Shown here piece after piece: positions 20,728-35,657 of a stretch of DNA of 64,000 nt. The position numbers and the translations under genes were made by a program. The notes under the pieces were generated by a model. The model made no database searches and was not told the DNA's origin. It saw nothing but the letters and a program-made list of their open reading frames with translations. This DNA is from Gammaproteobacteria bacterium. GTDB taxonomy: Bacteria; Pseudomonadota; Gammaproteobacteria; S012-40. Where the stretch lies: assembly GCA_027021445.1 (NCBI GenBank), contig JALUUH010000177.1, forward strand, positions 9,667 through 73,666. Reading direction: 5' to 3'. How positions within the stretch are numbered: position 1 is the stretch's first letter; the number at the start of each line of letters is the position of its first letter.

Positions 20728-22563
20728 TCACTCCACAGTTACCGATTTAGCAAGGTTTCGCGGTTGATCAACATCCGTACCCTTTAAAATTGCAACATAA
20801 TAGGATAATAACTGTAATGGTATTGTATACAAAATTGGAGCCAAGATTTCATCTATTGAAACAAGATGAATAATCTTAACATTATCCTCTTCTTTAATTT
20901 GAGATTTAGGATCAGCAAATACATAAAGTTGACCACCGCGAGCAGCGACTTCCTGAATATTCGATTTCAATTTTTCCAATAAGTCATCATTGGGGGCAAC
21001 CGTGATAATAGGCATATCCGCATCAACTAATGCAAGTGGCCCATGTTTAAGTTCTCCTGCAGGATAAGCCTCCGCGTGTATATAAGAAATTTCCTTAAGC
21101 TTTAACGCGCCTTCCATCGCCACAGGATACATTGGTCCACGACCCAGAAAGAGAGAGTGGTCTTTTTCAGTAAAGTCTTCTGATAATGATTTAACCACAT
21201 CATGACTTTCTTCAAGCGCTTGCTCTACTTTTCTAGGTAATTTTTCGAGTTCTGCAACAATATGCTTTTCAGTAAGCTCATCTAAGCCATTTTTCTGCCC
21301 AACCGCTAATACCAATAACATTAAAGCAACTAACTGAGTAGTAAACGCCTTAGTGGAAGCAACCCCGACCTCAACCCCAGCACGGGTCAGTAAACACAGA
21401 TCTGAAGCCCTCACTAAAGAACTTTCCGAGACATTACAAATGGCTAAAGAATACCCAAAGCCGCGTTTTTTCGCCTCTTCCAAAGCCGCCAAAGTATCTG
21501 CAGTTTCTCCAGACTGGGAAATAGTCACAATCAGATTATTTTTTCTAACAACCGGTTTTCGATATCGAAATTCACTTGCAATTTCCACATTGCAAGGAAT
21601 CTTAGCAATCGACTCCATCCAATATTTAGCAATGAGTCCCGCATGGTAACTCGTACCACATGCGATAATATGCACGCCTTCAATTTCACTTAATATTGAC
21701 GAGGCTTTCATTCCAAAACTTTCTTCAATCACGGATCCATTTAAGATTCGCCCTTCCAAAGTATCCGTAATAGCTTTTGGCTGCTCAAAAATTTCTTTGA
21801 GCATATAATGCTTATAAGGACCTTTCTCTACTGAATCAGCCGATAATTTAGAATGTGTTATTTCTCTAACAACGCATTCGTTGTTTAAATCATAAATAAC
21901 AACTTCTTCTCGCGTTATCTCAGCAATGTCTCCATCTTCAAGGAATATAAATCGATTGGTAACCGGTAATAAAGCCGCAACATCAGAGGCTATAAAATGT
22001 TCGCCTATTCCAACTCCAATCACTAAGGGGCTGCCTTTTCTTGCAACAATCACTTTTTCGGGTTGGCTTTTACTAATAACGGCGATTGCATAAGCGCCTT
22101 GCAACTCTTTTAAGGAATCCTTAACTGCAGCGAGTAACTCCTTACCACCTTGCAGTTGATGATATACCTCGTGAACAACAACTTCAGTATCTGTTTCGGA
22201 AGTAAACTCATATCCTAAATCCGTTTGTTTTTTACGCAGCGCTTCATGGTTTTCTATTATCCCATTGTGAACAATGGCGACAGAATTTCGGCAAACATGG
22301 GGATGGGCATTTTTTTCACTAGGTTTGCCATGTGTCGCCCAACGAGTATGCGCAATACCAATAGAGCCCTTCAAAGGAGTTTGCAGTAAGGATTTTTCAA
22401 GATCGTTTACTTTGCCTAAAGAGCGTACACGCTCAATTTGCAACTCAGCACTTAATACAGCAGTGCCTGCCGAATCATAACCCCGGTATTCCAGACGTCT
22501 TAATCCTTCTAACAAAATTGGAACAACATCCCTCTCTGCAATTGCACCTACAATTCCACACAT
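20728..22563 (-). CDS. glmS: Glutamine-fructose-6-phosphate aminotransferase
   Basis: [40 protein letters not shown]. Confidence 0.99.
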   Translation of the reverse strand: MCGIVGAIAERDVVPILLEGLRRLEYRGYDSAGTAVLSAELQIERVRSLGKVNDLEKSLLQTPLKGSIGIAHTRWATHGKPSEKNAHPHVCRNSVAIVHNGIIENHEALRKKQTDLGYEFTSETDTEVVVHEVYHQLQGGKELLAAVKDSLKELQGAYAIAVISKSQPEKVIVARKGSPLVIGVGIGEHFIASDVAALLPVTNRFIFLEDGDIAEITREEVVIYDLNNECVVREITHSKLSADSVEKGPYKHYMLKEIFEQPKAITDTLEGRILNGSVIEESFGMKASSILSEIEGVHIIACGTSYHAGLIAKYWMESIAKIPCNVEIASEFRYRKPVVRKNNLIVTISQSGETADTLAALEEAKKRGFGYSLAICNVSESSLVRASDLCLLTRAGVEVGVASTKAFTTQLVALMLLVLAVGQKNGLDELTEKHIVAELEKLPRKVEQALEESHDVVKSLSEDFTEKDHSLFLGRGPMYPVAMEGALKLKEISYIHAEAYPAGELKHGPLALVDADMPIITVAPNDDLLEKLKSNIQEVAARGGQLYVFADPKSQIKEEDNVKIIHLVSIDEILAPILYTIPLQLLSYYVAILKGTDVDQPRNLAKSVTVE

Positions 22564-22576
22564 TATAAATACTCCA

Positions 22577-23953
22577 TTACTTCGTTTTCTTTTCCGGACG
22601 ATTCCAACCCGATATGGATTGTTGCCGACTTCGGGCTAAGGTTAATTCATTTTCTGGTGTATTTTTTGTTATGGTGGATCCCGCTCCTATCGTTGCACCT
22701 TTACCGATACAAACAGGAGCAACCAGCTGTGAATCCGATCCCACAAATACATCATCATGAATAATAGTTAAATGCTTGTTAGCGCCATCATAATTACAGG
22801 TGATGGTTCCAGCACCAATATTCACGTTCTTTCCCATATTCGTATCACCGATATAACTTAAATGATTTATTTTAGATTCAATGTCTATTGATGATTTTTT
22901 AATCTCCACAAAGTTACCCACTTTAACATGGGAACTCAGTACTGAATCCGGGCGAATTCTGGCAAAAGGACCAATAACACAAGATTCTCCAATCATGCTG
23001 CCATCAACCATACTATTTGGCGCTATGACTGAATTTGCACCAATGCTTGAGCGCCGAATAATGCAATTAGCTCCAATGTTTACATTGTCACCTAATACCA
23101 CGCCGTCTTCCAACACTACATTGATATCTATAGTTACATCCATACCTACTGTGACAGAACCGCGCACATCTAACCTAGCCGGGTCTCTCAAGCAAACACC
23201 CTTTTCCATCAAACTTTTAGCCATATTGAGTTGATAAACTCGCTCTAACTGCGCAAGTTGGTTTTTGTCATTAATACCTAATGTTTCCCAATGATAACTA
23301 GGGTTTACGGTATCTATGGTCAGCCCATCCTTGACCGCCATACGAATAATATCGGTGAGATAATATTCATTTTGTGCATTATTATTCTCAAGTGCATTAA
23401 GCCATTTATTTAAACCCTTTGCAGATACGGCTAAAATACCTGTATTTATCTCTTTGCTCTGCAGCTCTTTAGGATTTGCATCTTTTTGCTCAACAATACG
23501 TAGTACGCGTTTACTTTCATCACGAATGATTCGACCATAACCATTAGCATCATCCAAAACATCTGTCATTAATGCAAAAACATTAGAATCTGAATCTAAT
23601 TTATTTAAGAGTAATTGTAATGTCTCAGGTTTAGTCAGCGGAACATCGCCATAAAGCACTAATACATTATTCGCATCATTAACATAAGGCATCGCTTGTT
23701 GAACCGCATGACCCGTTCCTAATTGCTCTTTTTGCTCAACCCAAGAAACCTTAAGATGCGAAAGCTGATCTTTAACATCTTCTCCACCATGCCCATAGAT
23801 AATAATTATTTCGCAAGGATTCAAACTTTCAGCGGTAGAAACTACGTGCTCTAATAACGAATAAGACCCTAGAATATGCAGAACTTTAGGTCGCTTTGAA
23901 CGCATCCTTGTTCCCTTTCCAGCGGCTAAAATTACAACACTTAGGTTTTTCAT
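22577..23953 (-). CDS. glmU: Bifunctional GlmU
   Basis: [19 protein letters not shown], hexapeptide repeats, NYDGANKH. Confidence 0.98.
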   Translation of the reverse strand: MKNLSVVILAAGKGTRMRSKRPKVLHILGSYSLLEHVVSTAESLNPCEIIIIYGHGGEDVKDQLSHLKVSWVEQKEQLGTGHAVQQAMPYVNDANNVLVLYGDVPLTKPETLQLLLNKLDSDSNVFALMTDVLDDANGYGRIIRDESKRVLRIVEQKDANPKELQSKEINTGILAVSAKGLNKWLNALENNNAQNEYYLTDIIRMAVKDGLTIDTVNPSYHWETLGINDKNQLAQLERVYQLNMAKSLMEKGVCLRDPARLDVRGSVTVGMDVTIDINVVLEDGVVLGDNVNIGANCIIRRSSIGANSVIAPNSMVDGSMIGESCVIGPFARIRPDSVLSSHVKVGNFVEIKKSSIDIESKINHLSYIGDTNMGKNVNIGAGTITCNYDGANKHLTIIHDDVFVGSDSQLVAPVCIGKGATIGAGSTITKNTPENELTLARSRQQSISGWNRPEKKTK

Positions 23954-23995
23954 ACGTAATCCTTGCTTTATAAAAGCAGTTAGCTATAAACAAAA

Positions 23996-24027
23996 AAAGC
24001 AAAAAGGAGAAATCTCCTTTTTGCTTT
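23996..24027 (-). terminator. atp operon intrinsic terminator
   Basis: 15-bp perfect inverted repeat AAAGCAAAAAGGAGA/TCTCCTTTTTGCTTT followed by a T-run on the minus strand. Confidence 0.85.
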
Positions 24028-24074
24028 CAATAGAATTCAAAATAGTGATCAAAAATAACTATAACCTCATAGTT

Positions 24075-24494
24075 TTACCTTCTACTTTTCATTTTCTTAA
24101 TGGTTTGAATTTGTGCTATTGCCTCAGCAAGTTCAGCTTCAGCTCGAGCAAAATCAACTTCTGAGTGTTTATCTTGAAGTAATTTTTCAGCTCTTTCCTT
24201 CGCTTCTAATGCAGCCGCTTCATCCAAATCCTTAGCTCGAATCGCCGTGTCTGATAGAATGGTCACAACATGTGGCTGAATCTCGAGCATTCCCCCAGAA
24301 ATATAAACGGAAGATTCTTCACCATCAGTCGTCTTTATTCTCACTTCACCAGGCTTCAAAGCCGTCAACATCGGTGTATGACGTGCTAAAATACCCACTT
24401 CGCCCATTTCAGCAGGGGCAAAAAGCATTTCAGCAAGACCCGAATAAATTTCTTCTTCGGCACTCACAATATCTACATGGAATGTCATAGCCAT
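24075..24494 (-). CDS. atpC: F1 epsilon subunit
   Basis: [27 protein letters not shown]; operon position. Confidence 0.97.
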   Translation of the reverse strand: MAMTFHVDIVSAEEEIYSGLAEMLFAPAEMGEVGILARHTPMLTALKPGEVRIKTTDGEESSVYISGGMLEIQPHVVTILSDTAIRAKDLDEAAALEAKERAEKLLQDKHSEVDFARAEAELAEAIAQIQTIKKMKSRR

Positions 24495-24526
24495 AATATC
24501 AATAACCTCTTTAATGCATTACCGCG

Positions 24527-25918
<1,392 letters not shown>

Positions 25919-25956
25919 TTAAATTCAAAAATAAAAAATCTTTTTAGCATGTTTAA

Positions 25957-26823
25957 TTAAACCGCTGCCGCACCGCTCACAATTTCAGAAATTTCCTGAG
26001 TAATAGCTGCTTGACGTGCTTTGTTGTATACCAGCTGTAATTCGGAAATAAGATCGCCGGCGTTATCAGACGCACTTTTCATTGCAACCATTCGAGCAGC
26101 TTGCTCACAGGCTGAATTTTCAACAACACCTTGATAAACCAGTGACTCGATATAACGTGTCATCAACTTATCTAAAACAACCTGAGCTTCTGGCTCATAC
26201 AAATAATCCCAATGATGCTTTAACTCGTCTTCGGGCTCTGCAACTTGAACAGGTAATAACTGATCAATTTGAGGGTTTTGAGTCATGGTGTTAACAAAGT
26301 CACTGGATGCAAGAAATAATCTATCAATTTTTCCTTCATCATATGCATCAAGCATAACTTTCACACTACCAATGAGATCAGCAATTTCTGGTTCATCACC
26401 AAGATGAACAGCCTTGGATACAATCTGGCCACCAAAGCGTTTAAAAAAACTCACACTTTTCTGACCGATGGCACAGAGTTCTATTTCTATACCGTCATCA
26501 TTCCATTTCTTCATTTTAGCAAGCAATTTTCTGAAAAGATTGGTGTTCAGACCACCACACAATCCTCGATCAGATGAAACAATAATAACACCTACTCTTT
26601 TAACCGACTCCCGGTCAGCCAGATAAGGATGTTTGTATTCAGGATGAGCATGTGCCAAGTGAGCAACCACATTACGCATTTTTAATGCATATGGACGAGA
26701 AGCCCGCATACGTTTCTGTGCTTTGCGCATTTTACTCGCAGCAACCATTTCCATCGCACGTGTGATTTTTTGAGTATTTTTAATACTCTTAATTTTAACG
26801 CGTATTTCTTTTCCGACGGCCAT
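25957..26823 (-). CDS. atpG: F1 gamma subunit
   Basis: [29 protein letters not shown]. Confidence 0.99.
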   Translation of the reverse strand: MAVGKEIRVKIKSIKNTQKITRAMEMVAASKMRKAQKRMRASRPYALKMRNVVAHLAHAHPEYKHPYLADRESVKRVGVIIVSSDRGLCGGLNTNLFRKLLAKMKKWNDDGIEIELCAIGQKSVSFFKRFGGQIVSKAVHLGDEPEIADLIGSVKVMLDAYDEGKIDRLFLASSDFVNTMTQNPQIDQLLPVQVAEPEDELKHHWDYLYEPEAQVVLDKLMTRYIESLVYQGVVENSACEQAARMVAMKSASDNAGDLISELQLVYNKARQAAITQEISEIVSGAAAV

Positions 26824-26840
26824 TTATAAACTCCTGTTAT

Positions 26841-28382
26841 TTACCAGGCGCTGTTAGCTTTGAAAGCTTCAATTGCTGCACGCATTTTAGCCGCGATGTC
26901 GTCGTTAAAATTTGCCGACTCATCAATACTATTCACTAATTCTGCACAATTAGATTTTATATAAGAATGCAATGCACTTTCAAAATCAACGACCTTAGAA
27001 ACCTCAACATCGTCCAAGAAACCTTCATTTGCAGCGAAGAGTGAAAACGCCATCTGTGAAGTACTCAAAGGCCGATACTGGGCTTGCTTCATAAGCTCGG
27101 TAACACGCTGGCCACGTTCAATTTGCTTTCTAGTGCTTTCATCAAGATCAGAAGCAAACTGAGCAAATGCGGCCAACTCTCTATATTGCGCTAAATCTAA
27201 TCGAACACCACCACCCAGCTTTTTAATAATCTTAGTCTGTGCAGCACCACCTACTCGTGATACGGATAAGCCAGCGTTTATAGCGGGACGGATACCCGAA
27301 TTAAATAAACTGGTTTCCAAAAAGATCTGACCATCGGTAATAGAAATTACGTTGGTAGGTACAAAAGCAGAAACATCACCGGCCTGCGTTTCGATAATCG
27401 GCAAAGCAGTCAATGAACCTGTTTTACCTTTTACCTCACCATTAGTGAATTTTTCAACATAGTCTGCATTAACTCTAGCGGCTCTTTCAAGCAAACGAGA
27501 ATGTAGATAAAAAACATCTCCTGGGTAGGCTTCACGACCGGGTGGTCGACGTAGCAACAAGGAAACCTGGCGATAAGCCCACGCTTGTTTGGTTAAATCA
27601 TCATAGACAATTAGTGCATCCTCACCACGATCGCGAAAATATTCACCCATCGCACAGCCTGCATAGGGAGCAATATACTGCATTGCTGCGGATTCAGATG
27701 CAGCCGCTGCCACAATAATCGTATTTTCCAAAGCGCCATGTTCTTCGAGTTTTTTGACCACGTTAGCAATCGACGATGCTTTTTGGCCAATAGCAACATA
27801 CACACAAAATATACCAGAGTCTTTCTGATTGATAATCGCATCAATCGCAACCGCAGTTTTACCGGTCTGTCTATCACCAATAATTAATTCTCGTTGTCCA
27901 CGACCAATTGGAACCATCGCGTCAATAGATTTCAGACCTGTTTGCACCGGTTGATCTACAGATTGACGCGCAATAACGCCTGGTGCGATACGTTCAATCG
28001 GAGATACTTCTTTACAGTTAACCGGCCCTTTTCCATCAATGGGGGTACCTAGTGAATCGACAACACGACCCAATAGTTCACGACCAACAGGAACCTCAAG
28101 AATCTTACCTGTGCATTTAACTGAATCGCCTTCAGATATGCCTTGGTAATTACCGAGAATTACAGCACCCACTGAATCACGCTCTAAGTTAAGCGCCAGT
28201 CCAAATATATTGCCTGGGAACTCAAGCATTTCACCTGACATGACATCAGATAAACCATGAACTCTTGCAATGCCGTCAGTTAAACTAACGACTGTTCCCT
28301 CTGTTCTTGCTTCTGTTGAAGCATCAAAATTCTTAATCTTTTCTTTAATAAGATCGCTTATTTCTGCAGGATTTAATTGCAT
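26841..28382 (-). CDS. atpA: F1 alpha subunit
   Basis: [18 protein letters not shown]. Confidence 0.99.
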   Translation of the reverse strand: MQLNPAEISDLIKEKIKNFDASTEARTEGTVVSLTDGIARVHGLSDVMSGEMLEFPGNIFGLALNLERDSVGAVILGNYQGISEGDSVKCTGKILEVPVGRELLGRVVDSLGTPIDGKGPVNCKEVSPIERIAPGVIARQSVDQPVQTGLKSIDAMVPIGRGQRELIIGDRQTGKTAVAIDAIINQKDSGIFCVYVAIGQKASSIANVVKKLEEHGALENTIIVAAAASESAAMQYIAPYAGCAMGEYFRDRGEDALIVYDDLTKQAWAYRQVSLLLRRPPGREAYPGDVFYLHSRLLERAARVNADYVEKFTNGEVKGKTGSLTALPIIETQAGDVSAFVPTNVISITDGQIFLETSLFNSGIRPAINAGLSVSRVGGAAQTKIIKKLGGGVRLDLAQYRELAAFAQFASDLDESTRKQIERGQRVTELMKQAQYRPLSTSQMAFSLFAANEGFLDDVEVSKVVDFESALHSYIKSNCAELVNSIDESANFNDDIAAKMRAAIEAFKANSAW

Positions 28383-28407
28383 GGGGTTTTCCCTCTAAAA
28401 CTTCAGA

Positions 28408-28944
28408 TTAGTGAGCCAATACACTCGCCAACCGATCCAGTTGCCCGGAAACTGAACCATCGATAACAATATCACCAGCCCTGATAATCGCACCGCCTAA
28501 AATTGATTCATCTACTGTTACAGATAGATCTATTTTGCAGCCAAGTCGATTTGTCAATGCTTGGGATATTGCCGCTTTTTGCTTTGCGTCAACGCTTGCT
28601 GCAGAAATCATTTCCGCAGCAATTGTCTTTTCTGCCTCTGCTTTTTGCTGTTCAAAAAGCTCGGATATTTCTGGCGCTACAGAAAGACGACCATTTTCCG
28701 CGAGTACTTGTACGAAATTTTTGCCTTGTTGATTCAAAATTTTTCCGCACACATCAATAATAAATGACGCTAGTTTTCCACTAGAGTACTTTGGATTATT
28801 GAGGATTGAAATTACATCAGAATCTTTAACTACAGAAGCCAACGTTGACAACATACCTGACCACTCAGATAAACGCTTATCCTCATTCGCTAGTTTGAAA
28901 ACAGCAAATGCATAGGGACGAGCAATTGTAATTGATTCAGCCAT
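28408..28944 (-). CDS. atpH: F1 delta subunit
   Basis: TIARPYA, ENGRL, ILGGAIIRAGD. Confidence 0.97.
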   Translation of the reverse strand: MAESITIARPYAFAVFKLANEDKRLSEWSGMLSTLASVVKDSDVISILNNPKYSSGKLASFIIDVCGKILNQQGKNFVQVLAENGRLSVAPEISELFEQQKAEAEKTIAAEMISAASVDAKQKAAISQALTNRLGCKIDLSVTVDESILGGAIIRAGDIVIDGSVSGQLDRLASVLAH

Positions 28945-28962
28945 ATCGGATACCTAGCTCTA

Positions 28963-29433
28963 TTATATTTGAGCAGCTAGATCTTTTAACAGATCAGCAT
29001 GTTCGTTAGCATTGATTTCTTTTTTCAAAATTTTGCTCGCACCAGCTACCGCTACCGCTGATACATCTTTGCGCAGCTGTTCTTTTGCTCGATTTAGCTC
29101 TTGTTCAATTTCTGTATTCGCAGCATGAACAATTTTTTCAGCTTCTGATTTAGCGGAGTTTTTAGCATCATCAACAATTTCACTACTGCGTTTTTGAGCT
29201 AACCCGACTATTTCAGCGGCTTGTTTTTTCGCTTCACCGATTACATCAAGCGCTTTTTTTTCAGCTAACTCTTGGTCTTTTATCCCTTTCTCAGCGGCTG
29301 CAAGTCCATCAGCAATTTTCTTTTGTCGGGCGTCCATCATATCTGTTAATGGCTTCCAAAGTACTTTGTTAACAAAATATATTAGAACAACAAAAGCGAT
29401 AACCTGAGCTAGTAGAGTGACGGTAATATTCAT
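28963..29433 (-). CDS. atpF: Fo b subunit
   Basis: N-terminal TM helix, RQKKIADGL, coiled coil. Confidence 0.97.
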   Translation of the reverse strand: MNITVTLLAQVIAFVVLIYFVNKVLWKPLTDMMDARQKKIADGLAAAEKGIKDQELAEKKALDVIGEAKKQAAEIVGLAQKRSSEIVDDAKNSAKSEAEKIVHAANTEIEQELNRAKEQLRKDVSAVAVAGASKILKKEINANEHADLLKDLAAQI

Positions 29434-29471
29434 TAATAATTCCTCTTAAGCCAGTTTAACAGTGCTTAGCA

Positions 29472-29753
29472 TTAACCAATTGCAGCTTGTAGTGCGCCAA
29501 CAAAAGGATTAGCAAACAAGAACCACATTGCGAAAGCAAGAATAATGAACGGGAAAGATTCCATTAGACCAGCAAAGATAAACATATTAGTCATCAATGC
29601 AGGTTTCATTTCTGGTTGACGTGCAATACCTTCAAGTGTTTTTGCACAAATCAAACCCCAACCAATTGCCGATCCAAGACCTGCTGCAGCTAGGATAACA
29701 CCAACGCCAATCGCGGTGGACGCGTAAATGGTAGCAATCATGTCAGGTGTCAT
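29472..29753 (-). CDS. atpE: Fo c subunit
   Basis: GxGxxxG helix, ARQPE loop, catalytic Glu in GLMESFP. Confidence 0.97.
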   Translation of the reverse strand: MTPDMIATIYASTAIGVGVILAAAGLGSAIGWGLICAKTLEGIARQPEMKPALMTNMFIFAGLMESFPFIILAFAMWFLFANPFVGALQAAIG

Positions 29754-29803
29754 AATTTATCTCCTTCAAATATATAAAAAGTTAAAAAACAAAAATTCAA
29801 AAA

Positions 29804-30652
<849 letters not shown>

Positions 30653-30671
30653 TTAAACTCCTTCAGTAAAA

Positions 30672-31058
30672 TCAATTTTTTGCTCGCTCTTTAATTCCGA
30701 AAACAAAGCTAAGTTGGGCTAACGCAAATCCCACTGCAAGTGCTAACGGATCTAATTCTGCCAATTTGATTCCTGCAATAAAAAACACTATTACAAAAAG
30801 GAACCGCTTTACTGCACCTAAATACAGCATACCCATGCTCTTGCCGGGATTTTCTACTGCTTCTTCACTTGCTTTTTCAACCCCTGAACCGAGGATCAAT
30901 GTTGAAATCATGCTTCCAAACGCACCCAAAAAAGCCGAAATTGCCGCGTGAGGGTCGTCATAAAAACCAAAACCTAAAGCGACGATTAACCCAATACCTG
31001 TTTGGATTGCTACTAAACGTCGCGACCGTTGCGCAACTTCACCTGTGCTCGCAGTCAA
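30672..31058 (-). CDS. atpI: ATP synthase protein I
   Basis: Four TM helices directly upstream of atpB; G..KR motif. Confidence 0.8.
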   Translation of the reverse strand: MTASTGEVAQRSRRLVAIQTGIGLIVALGFGFYDDPHAAISAFLGAFGSMISTLILGSGVEKASEEAVENPGKSMGMLYLGAVKRFLFVIVFFIAGIKLAELDPLALAVGFALAQLSFVFGIKERAKN

Positions 31059-31264
31059 TTCAACTCCGGATCAGTCAGTAGCTTATATGCTTTCAAAATT
31101 CCACCCAGAATACCTAAAAACCCAAAAGACAATAAAAAGATAGGTGTTGTCTGGAACAAGCTATCGACAAAGAACCCCAATAGAAACCCTGCGAGTATCA
31201 TCGAAGTTAATATGGTTCCGACACTGATAAGCATCAAATTTGGTTTTTCAGCGCCCGCCATCAT
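31055..31264 (-). CDS. AtpZ/AtpI-family small membrane protein
   Basis: Two TM helices with G.LLG.FVD....T.P.F signature; first gene of atp operon. Confidence 0.78.
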   Translation of the reverse strand: MMAGAEKPNLMLISVGTILTSMILAGFLLGFFVDSLFQTTPIFLLSFGFLGILGGILKAYKLLTDPELN

Positions 31265-31372
31265 TCAGCCTACATTTTGAAGCGGCGAAATTATAAGGGG
31301 TGCAACATAAGTCCGCAAGCTAAAAAACCACTTACTTGAAAAATAAAAGGTAAAACGATGATATGGTTATTC

Positions 31373-32263
31373 TTATTTGATGTGGGCCAAAATTCCATCA
31401 AGCTCATCCAAGGAATTATAATTGATCTCCAATTTACCCTTTCCTTTTTCAGAATGTTGGATCTTAACCTTGGCACCCAGACGTTCAGATAAACTATTTT
31501 GCAGCGACCTAATGTTAGGATCTAACACTCTTGCGGAAACTGTCCCTTTTTCCACCTGTTGTAATAATGATCTAACAAAACGCTCGGTTTCTCTCACTGA
31601 AAATGCTTTCGACACAACATGTCGAGCCGCTTTCACTTGCTGTAAGCCCTGTAGTGCAAGCAATGCTTTGGCATGCCCCATTTCGAGTTCTTTACTCGTT
31701 AACATTAATTTAACATCAGCACTTAGGGTGAGTAAGCGCAATAGATTAGTCACCGCAGCTCGAGACCTTCCTACGGCTTCAGCTGCTTGCTGATGCGTCA
31801 TCTCAAATTCTTCAATGAGGCGATGCAATGCCGTCGCTTCTTCCATTGGGTTAAGCTCTTCTCGCTGAATATTTTCAATCAAAGACATCGCAACAGCTGC
31901 TTCATCAGGCACATCCCTGATGATTGCAGGTACTGAATCTATTCCGGCAAGCTGGGTTGCCCGCCAACGTCTTTCCCCGGCAATAATCTCATATCGACCT
32001 TCGTCCACCGGACGAACGACAATAGGCTGAACAACACCTTGAGCTTTTATAGAGTTCGCAAGATCCTCTAAGCTCTCTGGATGCATATCAACACGTGGCT
32101 GATATTTTCCACGCTGAATAATATCCACCGGAAGCTCACGCAAATCACCTTCTGAAGATGAATGATCAGGTGCGAGGTGAGTGGATTTAGTGGATTTGGC
32201 GGATGATACTGATGCACTCAATAGGGCATCTAGACCACGACCTAGCGCTCTCTTTTTAACCAC
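31373..32263 (-). CDS. parB: Chromosome partitioning protein ParB
   Basis: KKRALGRGL, YQPR, IIAGERRWRA, ENIQRE, HTH GRSRAAVTNLLRL. GTG start at 32263 with GAGG RBS. Confidence 0.97.
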   Translation of the reverse strand: MVKKRALGRGLDALLSASVSSAKSTKSTHLAPDHSSSEGDLRELPVDIIQRGKYQPRVDMHPESLEDLANSIKAQGVVQPIVVRPVDEGRYEIIAGERRWRATQLAGIDSVPAIIRDVPDEAAVAMSLIENIQREELNPMEEATALHRLIEEFEMTHQQAAEAVGRSRAAVTNLLRLLTLSADVKLMLTSKELEMGHAKALLALQGLQQVKAARHVVSKAFSVRETERFVRSLLQQVEKGTVSARVLDPNIRSLQNSLSERLGAKVKIQHSEKGKGKLEINYNSLDELDGILAHIK

Positions 32264-32300
32264 TGGTATACCTCTCAATTTGCAAATAGAGAACAGCCTC

Positions 32301-33089
32301 CTAATTTGCCACTATATATTCAGGTAAGTCATGTCGGCGTAATATTTCGCCCGCTAATGCCAGATATGCTTGCGCACCACGTGATGACTTATCATATTGT
32401 AATACAGGCAAACCATGGCTAGGAGCTTCAGCCAGTTTAATATTTCGGGGGATTATCGTACGATAAACCTTATCACCAAAAAACTTGGCTAATTGCTCAG
32501 TAACCTGGCCGGATAAATTATTTCTTGGGTCATACATTGTGCGCAATAAACCTTCGATTTCCAAATCGGGGTTTAAAGATTGCTGAATTCTATTAATAGT
32601 ACCAATTAAAGCCGAAAGCCCTTCTAATGCATAATATTCACACTGCATGGGAATCATCACTGACTGCGACGCCACTAATGCATTCAGCGTCAGCATGTTC
32701 AACGAAGGTGGGCAATCTATAAGAATGAAATCAAAATCATTTTTGATGATTTTAAAAGCTTCTTTCATTCGCGACTCTCTGTTTTCCAAATCCAGCATAT
32801 GTACTTCCGCTGCGGTTAAATCGCTATTACTCGGCAATACATAATAACCCGCGTCTTCAACCTTAACGATGGCATCAAGCACCGGCATATTTTCCACTAA
32901 CACATCGAAACTGGAAAACTCAACTTCATTTTTATTCACTCCACTGCCCATGGTTGCATTGCCTTGTGGATCAAGATCAACGAGTAACACCTTTCTTTTG
33001 GTTGCACTTAAAGATGCGGCGAGATTAACAGAAGTCGTTGTTTTGCCAACACCGCCCTTTTGATTAGCGATCGAAATAATTTTATTCAT
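32301..33089 (-). CDS. parA: ParA/Soj ATPase
   Basis: ANQKGGVGKTT, DLDPQGNAT, DCPPSL, QCEYYALEG; start at MNKII. Confidence 0.97.
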   Translation of the reverse strand: MNKIISIANQKGGVGKTTTSVNLAASLSATKRKVLLVDLDPQGNATMGSGVNKNEVEFSSFDVLVENMPVLDAIVKVEDAGYYVLPSNSDLTAAEVHMLDLENRESRMKEAFKIIKNDFDFILIDCPPSLNMLTLNALVASQSVMIPMQCEYYALEGLSALIGTINRIQQSLNPDLEIEGLLRTMYDPRNNLSGQVTEQLAKFFGDKVYRTIIPRNIKLAEAPSHGLPVLQYDKSSRGAQAYLALAGEILRRHDLPEYIVAN

Positions 33090-33093
33090 AAAA

Positions 33094-33735
33094 TCAATGG
33101 CTCCGAGACATCTTTGGGACATCTTTTGAAGATATTTCAACCAAAAAGCTTTCGTTAGAAAATTCATTTTCAAGTTTCGAGGATATTGACTGAAACTTAG
33201 CAGGTAAAGATTGTAATTCTTGCGTCAGTAAATTCCCCTTCATGAGATAATAAACGCCTTTAGGGGAACGTAAATGCTCTAACAAGGAAAGGGTTTCTTC
33301 GATAGATGAAAATGCCCTCGTCACTAGGCCATCGTAAGTATGTTCTTGAAACTTTTCAACACGGGAATGAATAACTGTCACATTTTTTAGCCCAAGATCA
33401 ATTTTTACCTGGGTTAAAAAACGCGCTTTTTTCCCATTAGAATCAAGCAAGGAAATTTTTTTTTGGGGTAATAAAATAGCCAGCGGAATGCCTGGTAACC
33501 CACTACCACTGCCCACATCGATAATATTTTCTCCAATAATATGCGGTGTTAAACATATACTGTCGATCAAATGGCGGGTAAAAAATTCAGCCGGATCTCT
33601 GGTAGCAGTTAAGTTATAGGATTTATTCCATTTCATAACAAGTTCTTGATAGTTCAGCAATAATGAAATAGTTTCTTCATTAAATTCCACATCAAGTTTA
33701 TTGAGAACCTGTTCTAATGTCCGCTTTTCGTTCAT
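33094..33735 (-). CDS. rsmG: 16S rRNA m7G527 methyltransferase
   Basis: KWNKSYNLTA, HLIDS, DVGSGSGLPG, RAFS, MKG. Confidence 0.95.
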   Translation of the reverse strand: MNEKRTLEQVLNKLDVEFNEETISLLLNYQELVMKWNKSYNLTATRDPAEFFTRHLIDSICLTPHIIGENIIDVGSGSGLPGIPLAILLPQKKISLLDSNGKKARFLTQVKIDLGLKNVTVIHSRVEKFQEHTYDGLVTRAFSSIEETLSLLEHLRSPKGVYYLMKGNLLTQELQSLPAKFQSISSKLENEFSNESFLVEISSKDVPKMSRSH

Positions 33736-33754
33736 AAGTCAGGGGGAAAGAATA

Positions 33755-35644
33755 CTACCGGGTAGAAGCAACATATTTTTTCTTTTTCATATGAACGTGT
33801 AATAATGAAATCGCAGCAGGTGTTACACCTGGAATACGACTAGCTTGGCCAATACTCTCAGGTTTAGCTTGTAATAGTTTTTGTAACACTTCAGTTGAAA
33901 GCCCCTTTATCTCTTTAAAATCAAAATTAGCAGGTATTTTGACGCTTTCATTTTTGCGCGTTTTTTCTATTTCTAATTGCTGCCGAACAATATAACCGTG
34001 ATATTTCGCCTTAATTTCAACTTGCTCAATGACTTTCTGGTTCGTTAACTTGTTTTTGTCTTCGAGTAGCCGAGTTACGGATTGGTAATTAACTTCAGGC
34101 CTTTTTAATAAATCCATTAAATTCGTTTCCCGCGTAAGCGGCTTACCCAGTATTTCCAAGACTAAATTCTCATCTACTTTCTCTGGCCGAACCCAGGATT
34201 GTGCTAAACGAGACTCCTCCTGAGCAATTGCATCGCGTTTTTCGGCACAGCGTTGCCAACGAATTGCGCTGACTAAACCCAGACGATATCCGGTTTCTGT
34301 CAGTCGCAAATCTGCATTATCTTCACGCAATATTAATCGATACTCTGCCCGACTAGTAAACATCCGATAAGGCTCCAAGGTACCTAATGTCGTCAAATCA
34401 TCTATAAGTACGCCAATATAAGCTTCATCTCGTCTAGGAAACCAAGTTTCCTTGCCTTGAACCTGCCGTGCAGCATTAAGCCCTGCAATTAACCCCTGAG
34501 CAGCAGCCTCTTCATAACCTGTCGTTCCATTTATTTGGCCGGCAAAAAACAAATGCTGAATAAACCTTGATTCCAATGTAGATGATAAGTCACGTGGATC
34601 AAAAAAATCATATTCAATCGCATACCCTGGTCTTAAAATATGCGCATTTTCAAAACCTGTAATACTGCGAACTAAATCATATTGCACATCATAAGGTAAG
34701 CTGGTCGAAATTCCATTGGGATAAACCTCATGGGTGTCCAAACCTTCTGGTTCTACGAATATTTGATGAGAATTTCTATCTGCAAAACGCACCACTTTAT
34801 CTTCAATGGATGGACAATAACGCGGGCCAATCCCTTCTATTACCCCCGAATACATAGGTGAGCGAGATAAGCCTTTTCTAATTAAATCATGCGTTTGCTC
34901 ATTTGTATGCGTTATAAAGCAATTGATCTGTCGTGGATGCTCATTACCATCACTGAGAAATGAAAATGACGGTATGGGATTATCCCCAGGTTGTTGCTCC
35001 AACACATCAAAATTAATCGATCTGCCGTCGATTCGCGGTGGTGTACCTGTTTTTAGGCGTTTAATATTGAACGGTAAATCGCGTAATCGCTTTGCAAGCG
35101 CATTTGCAGGAGGGTCGCCTGCTCGACCACCTTGACTATTTGCTTCGCCAATATGAATTTGACCGGCTAAAAAAGTGCCAACCGTCAAAACCACAGATCG
35201 AGCTTTAAGCACCAGGCCCATTTGAGTAACAACGCCTGTTATTCTGCCGTCTTCAATCACCAAATCCTCTACAGCCTGTTGAAACAACTGTAAGTTCTCT
35301 TGGTTTTCGAGAATATTTCGAATCGCTTGTTTGTATAATATACGGTCACACTGGGCTCGAGTCGCCCTGACTGCATGACCTTTACGTGAATTAAGAATGC
35401 GAAATTGAATACCTGCTTTATCTGCTGCCAGACCCATCACTCCGCCTAAAGCATCAATTTCTTTGACTAAATGGCCTTTTCCTATTCCACCAATCGCCGG
35501 ATTGCAGCTCATTTGGCCCAAGGTATCAATATTGTGCGTGAGCAATAAGGTACTTGACCCCAAGCGCGCAGCAGCGAGTGCGGCTTCGGTACCCGCATGG
35601 CCGCCTCCGACCACAATAACGTCATACATTTGATGAGATAACAT
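33755..35644 (-). CDS. mnmG: tRNA uridine-5-carboxymethylaminomethyl modification enzyme MnmG (GidA)
   Basis: [41 protein letters not shown]. Confidence 0.99.
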   Translation of the reverse strand: MLSHQMYDVIVVGGGHAGTEAALAAARLGSSTLLLTHNIDTLGQMSCNPAIGGIGKGHLVKEIDALGGVMGLAADKAGIQFRILNSRKGHAVRATRAQCDRILYKQAIRNILENQENLQLFQQAVEDLVIEDGRITGVVTQMGLVLKARSVVLTVGTFLAGQIHIGEANSQGGRAGDPPANALAKRLRDLPFNIKRLKTGTPPRIDGRSINFDVLEQQPGDNPIPSFSFLSDGNEHPRQINCFITHTNEQTHDLIRKGLSRSPMYSGVIEGIGPRYCPSIEDKVVRFADRNSHQIFVEPEGLDTHEVYPNGISTSLPYDVQYDLVRSITGFENAHILRPGYAIEYDFFDPRDLSSTLESRFIQHLFFAGQINGTTGYEEAAAQGLIAGLNAARQVQGKETWFPRRDEAYIGVLIDDLTTLGTLEPYRMFTSRAEYRLILREDNADLRLTETGYRLGLVSAIRWQRCAEKRDAIAQEESRLAQSWVRPEKVDENLVLEILGKPLTRETNLMDLLKRPEVNYQSVTRLLEDKNKLTNQKVIEQVEIKAKYHGYIVRQQLEIEKTRKNESVKIPANFDFKEIKGLSTEVLQKLLQAKPESIGQASRIPGVTPAAISLLHVHMKKKKYVASTR

Positions 35645-35657
35645 AATCCTGTGTTTT

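Noticed and set aside
20594-20760. attTn7 site downstream of glmS
   Set aside because: The glmS 3' end is a potential TnsD target, but no Tn7-like end or tns genes follow and the next gene starts 133 bp away. The site is empty.
22564-22576. glmS ribozyme
   Set aside because: Only 13 bp separate glmU and glmS; no room for it.
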